DNA of 64,000 nucleotides from Clostridia bacterium. GTDB taxonomy: Bacteria; Bacillota; Clostridia; Saccharofermentanales; DTU023. Positions 38,078 to 47,029 of this stretch are shown in pieces (within the stretch, counting starts at the first letter, position 1; each line of letters opens with the position of its first letter). A program made the position numbers and the translations under genes. Under the pieces are notes generated by a model that worked only from the letters and a program-made list of their open reading frames with translations, was not told the DNA's origin and ran no database searches. The DNA is taken from the NCBI GenBank assembly GCA_040767365.1, contig JAXGOR010000002.1:33622-97621 (forward strand), given 5' to 3'.

Positions 38078-38234
38078 AGTATTTCTCCTTGCATAGTGAT
38101 GGTAGATGATCTTGGCGGGCAAATTGTTAAAAATGCCTAGGCACAAGCCACTATAGCATACCCAAAAATGACCCTGGGGTAAAGCGGTCAATTGGCCAAT
38201 CTTTCCGGGTGCAACTGGACTATTTGTTACATTA

Positions 38235-39017
38235 TCACTGGCTGGATCCCGACTCTTCCGCCTCTTTATTGAGCTTCTTGTACAAGAGGACGCCGACCAA
38301 GGCGACCAGGGCGGTCACAGCAAAGACCGAAATGGCAAAAACATAGTTCTGCGTCCCCAGAAGCCCTCCACTCACAGTCGAGGTGACAACCGAAAGGAGC
38401 CTGGCTGAAATAATCACCAGCCAGGTGGACAGCCTCATGGGGGTCAGGCCCGCCAGATAGGTCAGGATATCCTTGGGTGTCCCGGGGATGAACATGAGGA
38501 TATACATCCACATGTTGAGGCGTCCTGGTTTTTTGAAGAGTTTGACCTCATCAATCTTCTCCGACTCAAAAAAGAGTTCGATCACAGGCCGGCCATAGCG
38601 TTTGACCAGGAGGAAGATCAGGGTGCTGGCGGCGTAGATGGCCGCCATGCAGATCAGGGTGCCCTCCACCGTACCGAAAGCGTAACCCGCGGCCAGTTCA
38701 AAGGGTTCGCCCGGGATAATGGCGATTACAACCTGCAAAAAATTGGCCAGGAAGAATATCAGGCGGCTTGTAAAAGGATTTCGGGCCACCATGGCCCGGA
38801 CTTCCAGCGGGTCCGAGAAAAACTCGATGGCCGCCTCGCCCCAGAAGATGTAGATCAATATGAAAGCTATGATGGTCAGGACCAGGATACTGATCGCCAG
38901 GGATCGCTGGAAGATTCGTCTTTTCAATGCGGCGTAGAGTCCGCGTGCCGGCCGCAGGACTATGCCAGGATCATTCTTATATTTCGTCACCGCCATTGGC
39001 TCTTTTTGCCCTCTCAT
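38235..39017 (-). CDS. TVP38/TMEM64 (DedA-related, SNARE-associated) family membrane protein
   Basis: PGEPFELAAGYAFGTVEGTLI...LVKRYGRP...PGTPKDILTYLAGLTPM. Start at 39017 (GGAGGTGGG-ATG) is preferred over the track start at 39209. Confidence 0.75.
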   Translation of the reverse strand: MRGQKEPMAVTKYKNDPGIVLRPARGLYAALKRRIFQRSLAISILVLTIIAFILIYIFWGEAAIEFFSDPLEVRAMVARNPFTSRLIFFLANFLQVVIAIIPGEPFELAAGYAFGTVEGTLICMAAIYAASTLIFLLVKRYGRPVIELFFESEKIDEVKLFKKPGRLNMWMYILMFIPGTPKDILTYLAGLTPMRLSTWLVIISARLLSVVTSTVSGGLLGTQNYVFAISVFAVTALVALVGVLLYKKLNKEAEESGSSQ

Positions 39018-39196
39018 CCCACCTCCGTCCGGAGGGCGCGCGGACAAACTGTTTCCAGGTCTGGTCACCCACGCGTTTCCCTGCCATTCTACCACGAGCC
39101 GAACCTGGGATAAGGAATAGGTCCTGCCCGTCTCCCCGCTTTTTCCTGCTATACTGATCCTTCGTAAAGCCGTGGACCTGAGGAGGGACAGACAGC

Positions 39197-40144
39197 CTGG
39201 ACGACCCACTTGTCAGTATTATAATTCCGGTATACAACGCCGAAGCCTGGATCAGACGCTGCCTGGACTCCATCCTGGCCCAGTCCTACGGACGGATTGA
39301 GATCATCGCCGTCTCCGATGGATCGACCGATGCCTCCGAGGCCATAATCAGGGCATACGAGTCCAGGGACAGCCGGCTCAGGCTCTACTGCCAGGAAAAC
39401 CAGGGGGTCAGCGCGGCCCGCAATCAAGGACTCGCCCTGGCCCGGGGGGAATGGGTCTGTTTTGTGGACGCGGATGACTATGTCCATGGCGATTACGTGA
39501 AATCCATGATCCGGGCGGCCCTGACCTATGGGGCCGACGCCGTCTCCGTCAATTTCTATCTCGAATTGCCAAGGGGATGGCGACTGCCCTACCCCTTTGT
39601 CATCCTGAAAAAACAGCTCACGGGCGAGGAAGCGGTCAGGCAGTGTTTCAGAATCCTCCATTTCCCCACCTTTGTCTGGAACAAGCTTTTCCGAAGATCA
39701 CTCTTCACGGACCAGGCGATTTCCTTTCCCCCCATCATCTACGAGGATGCCTACCTGGTCCCCCTGCTCTTCCTCAGCTGCGGGAAGGTGGTTGCCCTGA
39801 AGGAGCCCCGCTACCACTATATCCGGAGACCGGTGAGCCTGACCCACCAGGTCAGCTTCTGGCACATTAGCCAATACCTGACCGCGGCCAACCTGCTGCG
39901 GCATCACTTCTGGGAATCGGAGGGCTGGGAGAAGTGGTCAAAGCCTTACAGCCGCTGGTTGGACAGGATCCTGATCCAGATCACGCTCACCCTTTACCTG
40001 TCCAGGCAGGCCCTGCCCCTTCGTGAGCGGGGGAAGCTGATAAGGCAGGCGAAGGCCAATGTCAAAGCCCTGAAAAAAGCTCCGGAAGCGGGCGACTCAC
40101 CCGACCATCTGCCCCATTATATCGGGCAGGACAAGGTCGGTTGA
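39197..40144 (+). CDS. Family-2 glycosyltransferase (start codon non-canonical or damaged)
   Basis: VSIIIPVYNAEAWIRRCLDSILAQSY..IEIIAVSDGSTD...ENQGVSAARNQGLALARGEWVCFVDADD. The frame opens after the TGA at 39179-39181 and has no ATG/GTG/TTG before 39464. A CTG at 39197 lies 9 nt after AGGAGGG. Confidence 0.65.
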   Translation: MDDPLVSIIIPVYNAEAWIRRCLDSILAQSYGRIEIIAVSDGSTDASEAIIRAYESRDSRLRLYCQENQGVSAARNQGLALARGEWVCFVDADDYVHGDYVKSMIRAALTYGADAVSVNFYLELPRGWRLPYPFVILKKQLTGEEAVRQCFRILHFPTFVWNKLFRRSLFTDQAISFPPIIYEDAYLVPLLFLSCGKVVALKEPRYHYIRRPVSLTHQVSFWHISQYLTAANLLRHHFWESEGWEKWSKPYSRWLDRILIQITLTLYLSRQALPLRERGKLIRQAKANVKALKKAPEAGDSPDHLPHYIGQDKVG

Positions 40145-40160
40145 AGGGATCTCCCCGTCA

Positions 40161-41285
40161 TCAGCGGGACATGAGCTCTTCATAAAGCTGGTCAAGTTCC
40201 TCCGAGGGACTGACATCCAGCGTCTGGGACAGCCTTTGCCTGAAGACCTGATAATAATCCTTCATCTCGGCTTTTTTATTCTGGAGGCTGAAAAACTCCA
40301 GGTGGAGGCCGGCGCCGGTCTCGTCAACCGGACTGATCCTTCGCGTAAAATCCAGGCAGGCGATGAGCAGGGGGGTTATTTCGCCCCTGTCCAGCTCCTG
40401 GCGGATCTTCTCCGTCACCAGCATCTGGACCAGGTTCCTGTTCCTGATCCTCGTCTCATTGGCCCAATCGTAAGCCTCCCCGGCCAGGAAGTCCTTTTTG
40501 TAAAGCTCAATAATCCTCGCCAGGGCCGCCCTATCCACTCCCGCCTGCCCAAGGAGCCGATTCAGCTCCTCCAGATCACTTGTGATCGGCAGCTGCAAGT
40601 GATAGTTGCCATCGGCATACTCGATGCCTTCCGGAAAGCCGAACTCGGCCAGGCCGCGCCTGATCTGGTAGATGGTCGTGTGGAGGAGGGCAAAGGCCCG
40701 CTTGGGGTCCCTGTCAGGAAAGAGTTGCTCGATGAGCAGTTCCTTGTTGACGGGGTTTTGCCTGTGGAGCCAGAGGTAGAAAAAGAGCTCCTTGGCCTTC
40801 CTTGTCCGCCAGCGCATGGCCTGGCCGTCCTCATTCAGCACGGCGGCCTGATCCAGGCTGATGACCCGCAACTGCCTGCCCCCTGTTCCCTCCTCGGAGG
40901 TCAGGTTCCTTTCAGCCAGCCCGGCCTCCCTTAACTTGGCCAGGGTCTTTTCAAGCCTCTTTTTTCGTACTGGCTTCAGCATATAATCGATGGCATTGAC
41001 TTCAAAGGCGTCGATGGCGTACTGGGAATAGGCTGTGACAAAGACGATGGGAATGAAGCGCTCGCGGTTGAAGAGGTCGGCCGCGGTCAGGCCGTCCAGG
41101 CTCCCCATCTCGATGTCGAGAAAGATGATATCCGGCCTGTCTGAGGCAAGATTGGCCAGGGCTATCTCCGGGCTGGTGTAACAACCGACGACCCTGATCT
41201 CCTCATAGTCCTCCAGGAGGGCGTTCAAGACCTTGATGGCGGCCGCCTCATCATCGACGATGATGGCTCTCAGACTCCTAGGCAT
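40161..41285 (-). CDS. Response regulator: REC domain plus SARP-type winged helix and BTAD domain
   Basis: REC: AIIVDDE...PDIIFLDIEMGSLDG...VFVTAY...DYMLKP. Output: RTRKAKELFFYLWLHRQNPVNKELLIEQLFPD...LHTTIYQIRRGL, then the BTAD helical repeat (ELYKKDFLAGEAYDWANETR...). The ATG overlaps the kinase stop (ATGCCTAG). Confidence 0.8.
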   Translation of the reverse strand: MPRSLRAIIVDDEAAAIKVLNALLEDYEEIRVVGCYTSPEIALANLASDRPDIIFLDIEMGSLDGLTAADLFNRERFIPIVFVTAYSQYAIDAFEVNAIDYMLKPVRKKRLEKTLAKLREAGLAERNLTSEEGTGGRQLRVISLDQAAVLNEDGQAMRWRTRKAKELFFYLWLHRQNPVNKELLIEQLFPDRDPKRAFALLHTTIYQIRRGLAEFGFPEGIEYADGNYHLQLPITSDLEELNRLLGQAGVDRAALARIIELYKKDFLAGEAYDWANETRIRNRNLVQMLVTEKIRQELDRGEITPLLIACLDFTRRISPVDETGAGLHLEFFSLQNKKAEMKDYYQVFRQRLSQTLDVSPSEELDQLYEELMSR

Positions 41286-43221
41286 GGTCTGCCTCCGGCA
41301 GGCACAGGGTAATCCTGGTCCCCTGGTTGGGTTGGCTTTCAAGCTTGACCGAGGCTCCCGGCATAAGCTTGATTTTCTTGATGACATTCTGCAGGCCCAC
41401 CCGCTCCGATTCCCCCCGAAGAATATTCGAAAGGTTTTCAGCCGCCATGCCGGTACCGTCATCGGAGACGGAAATCAGGATTTTTCCGTCCTCGCACCGG
41501 CCGACCTTGATGGTGACCGTCCCCGGTGATTCCTTCGGGGCGATGCCGTGCCTGACCGCGTTTTCCGCCAGGGGTTGCAAGGTCAGGGGTGGAATCCTGG
41601 CCTCAATGTCCGGATCGATTGCCAGGACCAGATTCAACTTGTCGCCGTAGCGCAGCTTCTCAATCTCCAGATAGGCGACGACGAGATCAATTTCGCTTTC
41701 GAGTGATATCAAGCCCTTGTGAAAGTGCAAATCCAGCTTCCCCCGGAAATAGAGGGCCAGATTCCGGAGGGCCTCCCGGGTCTTCCCGCTGTCCTCATAG
41801 CTCAGGGCGATGATGGTGTTGAGGGTGTTGTAGAGGAAATGCGGTGAAATCTGTGAGAAGAAATACTTGAACTCCTTCTCCAGCCTCTCCTCTGTCAGTT
41901 CGGTCGCTTCCGTGTACTCCAGCTTCAGCTTCCTGGCTATCATGAGGGTCATGCTGACCATGACCAGGAGCAGGAGGATCTCCGAAAGATAATTCACCTT
42001 GGTCTCAAATATATATTTCAGGAGGAGCGAACCCCAGTATGACAGGAGGGCGCCGGCCACGACCAGGAGGTATTCTACCGATTCGGCGCGTCGCCGCATG
42101 GCTTTGACCAGTATGTAGCTGAGATAGGCATAGGACAACGCGGTGCTGGCCGCCGCCAGGTATTGGGTGGCCTGGAAGGACAGGAGGTTGATATTCAGGG
42201 TCTTTGCCAGGAGAAGCATAAGGGTGGCAGCGAGGAAGAGCTTGATACCGAGAAAGACCCGTCTGTTGACGAGTTGGCTGAAATAATACCTGGCAAAGAG
42301 GAGGAATCCCATGCTTCCACCGACTACCGAAAAGGCTTCGATGGCCATCCTGCCATAGAAAGTGTAGGAAAAAAACAAGGACAGATTCTGATTGTTCATG
42401 GTCAGGAGGTGGACGCCCATGAGACAGGAGGCGAGGCTGAAATAGAAGAGGGCCCTGGACCTGTTCCTGGCCAGGTTGACCAGGAGAAAAAGTGCCCCGG
42501 CCAGAAAGAAGGAGACGGCAATGAAGAGTTCGACCGCCCTTTCACGGTAGGTCTGTCCCAGGATGCTGCCGGGCGTGCCGAAGCGGATCGGTTTCAGGAT
42601 GCCTCCGTGCTGGAAAAGATAGTTGGCCACCTGGACCACAATCTCTATCTCACCGTCCTGACTCGCCACAAAACCCTCGCAGAAACGGCTTTCCGGGGAA
42701 TAGGAATCAGGATCCCGCGAAGGTACTCCCAGGCTGATCGCCTCATCCCCGTTGAGATAGATACGGGCGGAGCTGCGGATGGTATTTGTCTTGATCGCGT
42801 AGAGGCCGTCCTCCTTCACCTTGACAAGCAGGCGATAGCTCCCAAAGCCCTTGGATCCATCGCCCTTGCCCGATGAGAGATCCCAGGAGGAGGGGGTCTT
42901 CATATACTGGCCGCCCGCTGCGGAGGCTTGAAAGGGTTCGATGAACTCACCGGGGAAAAACTCCCACTCCCCGTTGAGCTCCACCGGCCTTGCCTGCCGC
43001 AGATCCAGGCCTGTCAGGTCCAGGACACCCTTCTCCGCCTTCTTGCCCGCATCAAATACATAGAGATTATCCAGCAGGAAGTAGACCAGGGAAACAAGAA
43101 CAATCAAGAGGGAGAGTGCCGCGGACACGGCATACTTCCTCGGAACCTTTTCCCTTTTCACAGGAAAGGGATCCGGCTGAAGGGAGTTGTCTTTGGCGGG
43201 GGTTCCCCTATTTCGTCTCAT
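41278..43221 (-). CDS. Sensor histidine kinase: 7TMR-DISM extracellular and 7-TM modules with a LytS/YesM-type (His_kinase, PF06580-like) core
   Basis: LNGEWEFFPGEFIEP in the periplasmic beta-sandwich, about 7 TM helices, H-box SQISPHFLYNTLNTI and a GHKL ATPase (ENAVRHG...DDGTGM). Confidence 0.8.
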   Translation of the reverse strand: MRRNRGTPAKDNSLQPDPFPVKREKVPRKYAVSAALSLLIVLVSLVYFLLDNLYVFDAGKKAEKGVLDLTGLDLRQARPVELNGEWEFFPGEFIEPFQASAAGGQYMKTPSSWDLSSGKGDGSKGFGSYRLLVKVKEDGLYAIKTNTIRSSARIYLNGDEAISLGVPSRDPDSYSPESRFCEGFVASQDGEIEIVVQVANYLFQHGGILKPIRFGTPGSILGQTYRERAVELFIAVSFFLAGALFLLVNLARNRSRALFYFSLASCLMGVHLLTMNNQNLSLFFSYTFYGRMAIEAFSVVGGSMGFLLFARYYFSQLVNRRVFLGIKLFLAATLMLLLAKTLNINLLSFQATQYLAAASTALSYAYLSYILVKAMRRRAESVEYLLVVAGALLSYWGSLLLKYIFETKVNYLSEILLLLVMVSMTLMIARKLKLEYTEATELTEERLEKEFKYFFSQISPHFLYNTLNTIIALSYEDSGKTREALRNLALYFRGKLDLHFHKGLISLESEIDLVVAYLEIEKLRYGDKLNLVLAIDPDIEARIPPLTLQPLAENAVRHGIAPKESPGTVTIKVGRCEDGKILISVSDDGTGMAAENLSNILRGESERVGLQNVIKKIKLMPGASVKLESQPNQGTRITLCLPEADHA

Positions 43222-43336
43222 CGCACCAGATTGTATTTCCGCTCAGACCAAAGTCTATGGCATTCCCCCCTGGGAGGGCATCATAGATAAGGATACACCA
43301 TACCCCCGCCTATTCTTGGGGGGACCTCCTGCCGGT

Positions 43337-44260
43337 TCAGATGGTCTGCTGGGCAATTCCCTTGATATTGGACAGGACCCAGTCAAATTCAGGGGCCGTC
43401 ACGATGGAGAGGCAATAGCTGCAGCGGGCCGACTGGGTCAAGTCGATGGGGGCACCGCAGTGCGGGCAGTTGCGGCTGACCTCCCTGGCGCCCTCGAGGT
43501 CGGGCGCGGGGGTCTTGACCCCGATGGACCGGATCATGGTCCACTCATAGGTCATGAACTTCTCCCGCTTGGGATCGCCGCTGACCACCTTGCCTGTTGC
43601 CCGGTCTATGGTGTAATCGGTGATCCGGGTCGTCAAGCGGATTACGAGGTTGTCGTTTTGTTCATCCTGGTAAAACTGTTTCAGGGCCACGTTCATAATG
43701 GCGATCCGCTCGATCCGGTTGATCTGGCCACGGCTGATCAACTCCTGCAGCTGGCGGGCCATCTGACTGAACAGATCATCGGTCAGCCGGGCACGCATGG
43801 GTTCCCAGTCCTGGTTTTCCCAGGCCCTCTGCATTTCCGAGTAGAGGTTGGCTACCTTTTCCCGCATCTCAGCCTCGGTGAAGAAGGGGTCCTCCAGCCT
43901 TATCTGGTCGGCAATGGCCGACGAGTACTCGGGTGGGACCGTGGAGACGGAGGGGGCAGTACCCCTCCGACCCTTTCTGCTGTTCATGATGATAAAAAGG
44001 ACGATGATGATGAGGATGACGGGGCCTATGGGCAAACCTCCGCCCGTGTAGCTCCCACCGCCCGATGAGCCGAAATCACTGCCACCGCTGGATCCACCCC
44101 AGCTTGGCGTATCGAAGCTGTAGTCACTGTCACCGCCAAAAAAACCTGCGTCGGCCGGACTCGGATAGAGGCGGACTTGGGCCTGGGCCACCCGACCGGG
44201 GAATAGGGAGAATACCAGCAAGGCCAAGAGGACAAGGGAGATTCCGGCCGTTCGTTTCAT
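43337..44260 (-). CDS. Secreted/membrane Tim44-like-domain protein with a C-terminal zinc ribbon
   Basis: Signal peptide, G/S-rich spacer, TM helix, Tim44-like core (FFTEAEMREKVANLYSEMQRAWENQDWEPMRARLTDDLF...), CPHCGAPI...CSYC. Confidence 0.65.
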   Translation of the reverse strand: MKRTAGISLVLLALLVFSLFPGRVAQAQVRLYPSPADAGFFGGDSDYSFDTPSWGGSSGGSDFGSSGGGSYTGGGLPIGPVILIIIVLFIIMNSRKGRRGTAPSVSTVPPEYSSAIADQIRLEDPFFTEAEMREKVANLYSEMQRAWENQDWEPMRARLTDDLFSQMARQLQELISRGQINRIERIAIMNVALKQFYQDEQNDNLVIRLTTRITDYTIDRATGKVVSGDPKREKFMTYEWTMIRSIGVKTPAPDLEGAREVSRNCPHCGAPIDLTQSARCSYCLSIVTAPEFDWVLSNIKGIAQQTI

Positions 44261-44298
44261 AGTAGTCCACCCTCCTTTTCTAGCCTACATCTTATACT

Positions 44299-44340
44299 AA
44301 AAAAGCGGCGTCCGCTATGAAGGCGGGAAGCTTTCCCGCC
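44299..44340 (-). terminator. Tandem hairpins ending in a T-run, after the pdxS-oxidoreductase unit
   Basis: Minus strand: GGCGGGAA-agc-TTCCCGCC, then AGCGG-acg-CCGCT followed by TTTTTT. Confidence 0.55.
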
Positions 44341-44385
44341 AGGTCACGGATGCCGCTGTCAAAGACTAATTTAAGGGCAGAAGGG

Positions 44386-45282
44386 TCAGTGCCGACCCTC
44401 CCCTGCCGGCCTTCTCCGATAGAGGCGGATCAGGGCCTGGGTCCCCAGATCCTCCTCCCCTTCCTCAGCCATGTCCTCGTAGAGGCCCAGGACCGTATGG
44501 AGCATGGGGAGTCCCGACCCCCTTCCCGCCATCTCCTCTTCAACAATCCGCATGTCCTTGATGAAATGCTTGATGAAGAAGCCGGGATCGTGGTCGCCTT
44601 CCAGGACCCTGGGGGCCATATTCGTGATTTGCCAGCTCCCAGCCGCGCCGGCTCCGATGGCCCGCAGCAGGGTCTTGGGGTCCAGGCCCGTCTTTTCAGC
44701 GTAGAAGATGGCCTCGGTCATGGCCGCTGTCGCGCCCGCCACCGCGATTTGATTGGCGGCCTTGGCGTGTTGCCCGCTCCCCGCCGGCCCCAGATAAACG
44801 ATATTTTTCCCCAGAACCGTGAAGAGGGGATAGGCCCGGTCGAAGGCCTCCCTTTCACCGCCGACCATGATGGAGAGCGTCCCTTCACGGGCGCCCACAT
44901 CACCCCCCGATACTGGCGCATCGAGGAGGTCCAGGCCGGCGTCAGCCGCCTCCTGGAAGAGTTCAACCGCCAGGGAGGGCGATGATGTCGTCATATCGAT
45001 CACCAGGGTCCCCGGTGCCGCCGATTCAAAGACCCCACCCGGTCCGGCCAGGACCTGCCGGACATCCTCGGGATAGCCGACCATGGTAATGACGGCCTGG
45101 GCACCCTTGACCGCCCCGGCGATCGAGTCCGCGCATACCGACCCGGTGGAGGAGGCGGTCGCTTCAGCCTTCTCTTTCCCCCTGTTGTAAAGCTTGACCT
45201 GGTAGCCCTCCCGGCAGAGGCGGGCTACCATGGAGGCGCCCATGACGCCGGTTCCTATAAAAGCAAGTCGCTCAATGGCCAT
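44386..45282 (-). CDS. NAD(P)-dependent oxidoreductase, 3-hydroxyisobutyrate/6-phosphogluconate dehydrogenase-like
   Basis: LAFIGTGVMGASMVARL..GY.V.LYNR; 298 aa with the C-terminal all-helical domain. Confidence 0.8.
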   Translation of the reverse strand: MAIERLAFIGTGVMGASMVARLCREGYQVKLYNRGKEKAEATASSTGSVCADSIAGAVKGAQAVITMVGYPEDVRQVLAGPGGVFESAAPGTLVIDMTTSSPSLAVELFQEAADAGLDLLDAPVSGGDVGAREGTLSIMVGGEREAFDRAYPLFTVLGKNIVYLGPAGSGQHAKAANQIAVAGATAAMTEAIFYAEKTGLDPKTLLRAIGAGAAGSWQITNMAPRVLEGDHDPGFFIKHFIKDMRIVEEEMAGRGSGLPMLHTVLGLYEDMAEEGEEDLGTQALIRLYRRRPAGEGRH

Positions 45283-45288
45283 GATGTC

Positions 45289-46152
45289 CTAGACCCCCCT
45301 CTCCGACATGATGAGTTCAACCTCGTCCGGGTTCAGGCCGACCATGGCCTCTCCCAGATCTTCCGATACCCGGGCCAGCCGCTCGGGGTCGTCATAGTGC
45401 TCACAGGCCTCGACGATGGCCCTGGCCCGTTTGACCGGGTCTCCCGACTTGAAGATCCCCGAGCCGACGAAGACGCCCTCGGCGCCCAACTGGCGCATGA
45501 GAGCGGCATCCGCCGGGGTCGCGACCCCGCCCGCCGAGAAATTGAGCACAGGCAATCTGCCGTTTTTGTGGACATATCTCAGGAGGTCCAGGGGCACCGC
45601 CAGGTCACGCGCCCGGACATAGAGTTCCTCTTCGTTGAGGGCCACCACCCCGCGGATCTGCTCATTCATCTTCCGCAGGTGTTTGACCGCTTCCGCCACG
45701 TCGCCGGTACCCGGCTCACCCTTTGTCCGCATCATGGCCGCCCCTTCCACGATACGCCGGAGCGCCTCATCCAGGCCGCGGGCCCCGCAAACGAAGGGGA
45801 CTTCAAATTTCGTCTTGTCAATATGGTAAAGCTGGTCGGCCGGTGTCAGCACCTCGCTCTCATCGACAAAATCAACCCCAATCGCCTGAAGGATCTGGGC
45901 CTCAACAAAGTGGCCAATCCGGACCTTGGCCATGACCGGGATCCTGACCGCCTTCATAATGGCCTTGATCATGGCGGGATCGCTCATACGCGAGATGCCG
46001 CCGGCCGACCGGATATCGGCAGGGACCCGCTCCAGGGCCATGACCGAGACAGCGCCGGCCGCTTCGGCGATCTCCGCCTGTTCGACGTTGACGACGTCCA
46101 TGATGACACCGCCTTTTAGGCTTTCAGCCAAGGCACGATCGAATTGTTTCAT
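45289..46152 (-). CDS. pdxS: Pyridoxal 5'-phosphate synthase lyase subunit PdxS
   Basis: [48 protein letters not shown]..., [29 protein letters not shown] at 46152 is preceded by GGGAGGG. Confidence 0.94.
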   Translation of the reverse strand: MKQFDRALAESLKGGVIMDVVNVEQAEIAEAAGAVSVMALERVPADIRSAGGISRMSDPAMIKAIMKAVRIPVMAKVRIGHFVEAQILQAIGVDFVDESEVLTPADQLYHIDKTKFEVPFVCGARGLDEALRRIVEGAAMMRTKGEPGTGDVAEAVKHLRKMNEQIRGVVALNEEELYVRARDLAVPLDLLRYVHKNGRLPVLNFSAGGVATPADAALMRQLGAEGVFVGSGIFKSGDPVKRARAIVEACEHYDDPERLARVSEDLGEAMVGLNPDEVELIMSERGV

Positions 46153-46331
46153 CAGAATTTTCCCTCCCACTCAGCTATTGTGACTCATGCTGGATATGCA
46201 AAAAAGCCTCCCATACCGGAGGTTATGCCGTTTGGTTTGTATACCGTCGCGGTACCGTTCCCAGTATACGCCGGTGCCCCCTTTTACGCAAGAAAAAGGG
46301 TCCGCTCGGAGGAACTTTCCCGGCCCTGGAA

Positions 46332-46360
46332 TTGACAGCTTCCCGGTATATCGATATTAT
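46332..46360 (+). promoter_or_regulatory. Candidate sigma-70 promoter of rex
   Basis: TTGACA (46332-46337), 17 nt spacer, TATTAT (46355-46360). Overlapped by TATCGATATT repeats. Confidence 0.5.
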
Positions 46361-46382
46361 GTTATCGATATTGGAGAATCCT

Positions 46383-46997
46383 ATGGCAGCCAGAACTTTC
46401 TCGCTTCAAACCCTGCAGCGCTTACCCTATTATCTTGACTTCCTCCGGGGACTGGAAACGGAGAATATCTCGGCGACCGCCCTGGCCGCTGAATTCGGCC
46501 TGAATGAGGTCCAGGTCCGCAAGGACCTGGCCTCGGTCAGCCGGCAGGCAGGCCGGCCCCGCAAAGGTTTTGGAAGGAAGGCCCTGATAGTCGATATGGA
46601 GGATGTCCTGGGCTATGGCAGGATTGACAAGGCGATCATCGTGGGCCTGGGCCATCTGGGGACGGCCCTTGCCAACTACAGGGGCTTTGAGAACTATGGC
46701 CTCAAAATCGTGGCCGGCTTCGATAAAAAATTCGAGGGGGAGGGCCGGCTCAATGATATGCCTGTCTACCCGGCCCAGGCCCTGGTCGAGCAGGTCAGAC
46801 GCTTGAAGGTCAAGCTTGGAATAATCACGGTGGACGGCGCCAATGCCCAGGAGGTCTGCGACAGGCTGGTGGAGGCCGGAATCAAGGCCATCTGGAATTT
46901 CGCCCCCCTCATGCTCCAAGTTCCGGAGGGAATCATCGTCCAAAATGAAAATATGGCCTGCGCGCTCGCGGTCCTGAGCCATCATCTCCGCGGTTGA
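46383..46997 (+). CDS. rex: Redox-sensing transcriptional repressor Rex
   Basis: LQRLPYYLDFLRGL......ISATALAAEFGLNEVQVRKDL, then the Rossmann IIVGLGHLGTALANY and GIKAIWNFAP. ATG at 46383 is preceded by GGAG. Confidence 0.88.
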   Translation: MAARTFSLQTLQRLPYYLDFLRGLETENISATALAAEFGLNEVQVRKDLASVSRQAGRPRKGFGRKALIVDMEDVLGYGRIDKAIIVGLGHLGTALANYRGFENYGLKIVAGFDKKFEGEGRLNDMPVYPAQALVEQVRRLKVKLGIITVDGANAQEVCDRLVEAGIKAIWNFAPLMLQVPEGIIVQNENMACALAVLSHHLRG

Positions 46998-47029
46998 GAA
47001 AGCCGTAATCGGAAGAGGGGGGTTATCCT

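Noticed and set aside
38215-38240. Rex-operator-like half sites: TTGTTACATTATCAC here, TTGTGACTCATG at 46176 and TTGTGAGGTTACGCAA at 17068
   Set aside because: None has the second inverted half-site (TTCACAA/TTAACAA) at the right spacing.
44386-46152. pdxS is followed by a dehydrogenase instead of pdxT
   Set aside because: pdxT is often unlinked, so its absence from one window says little. Noted but not treated as a finding.
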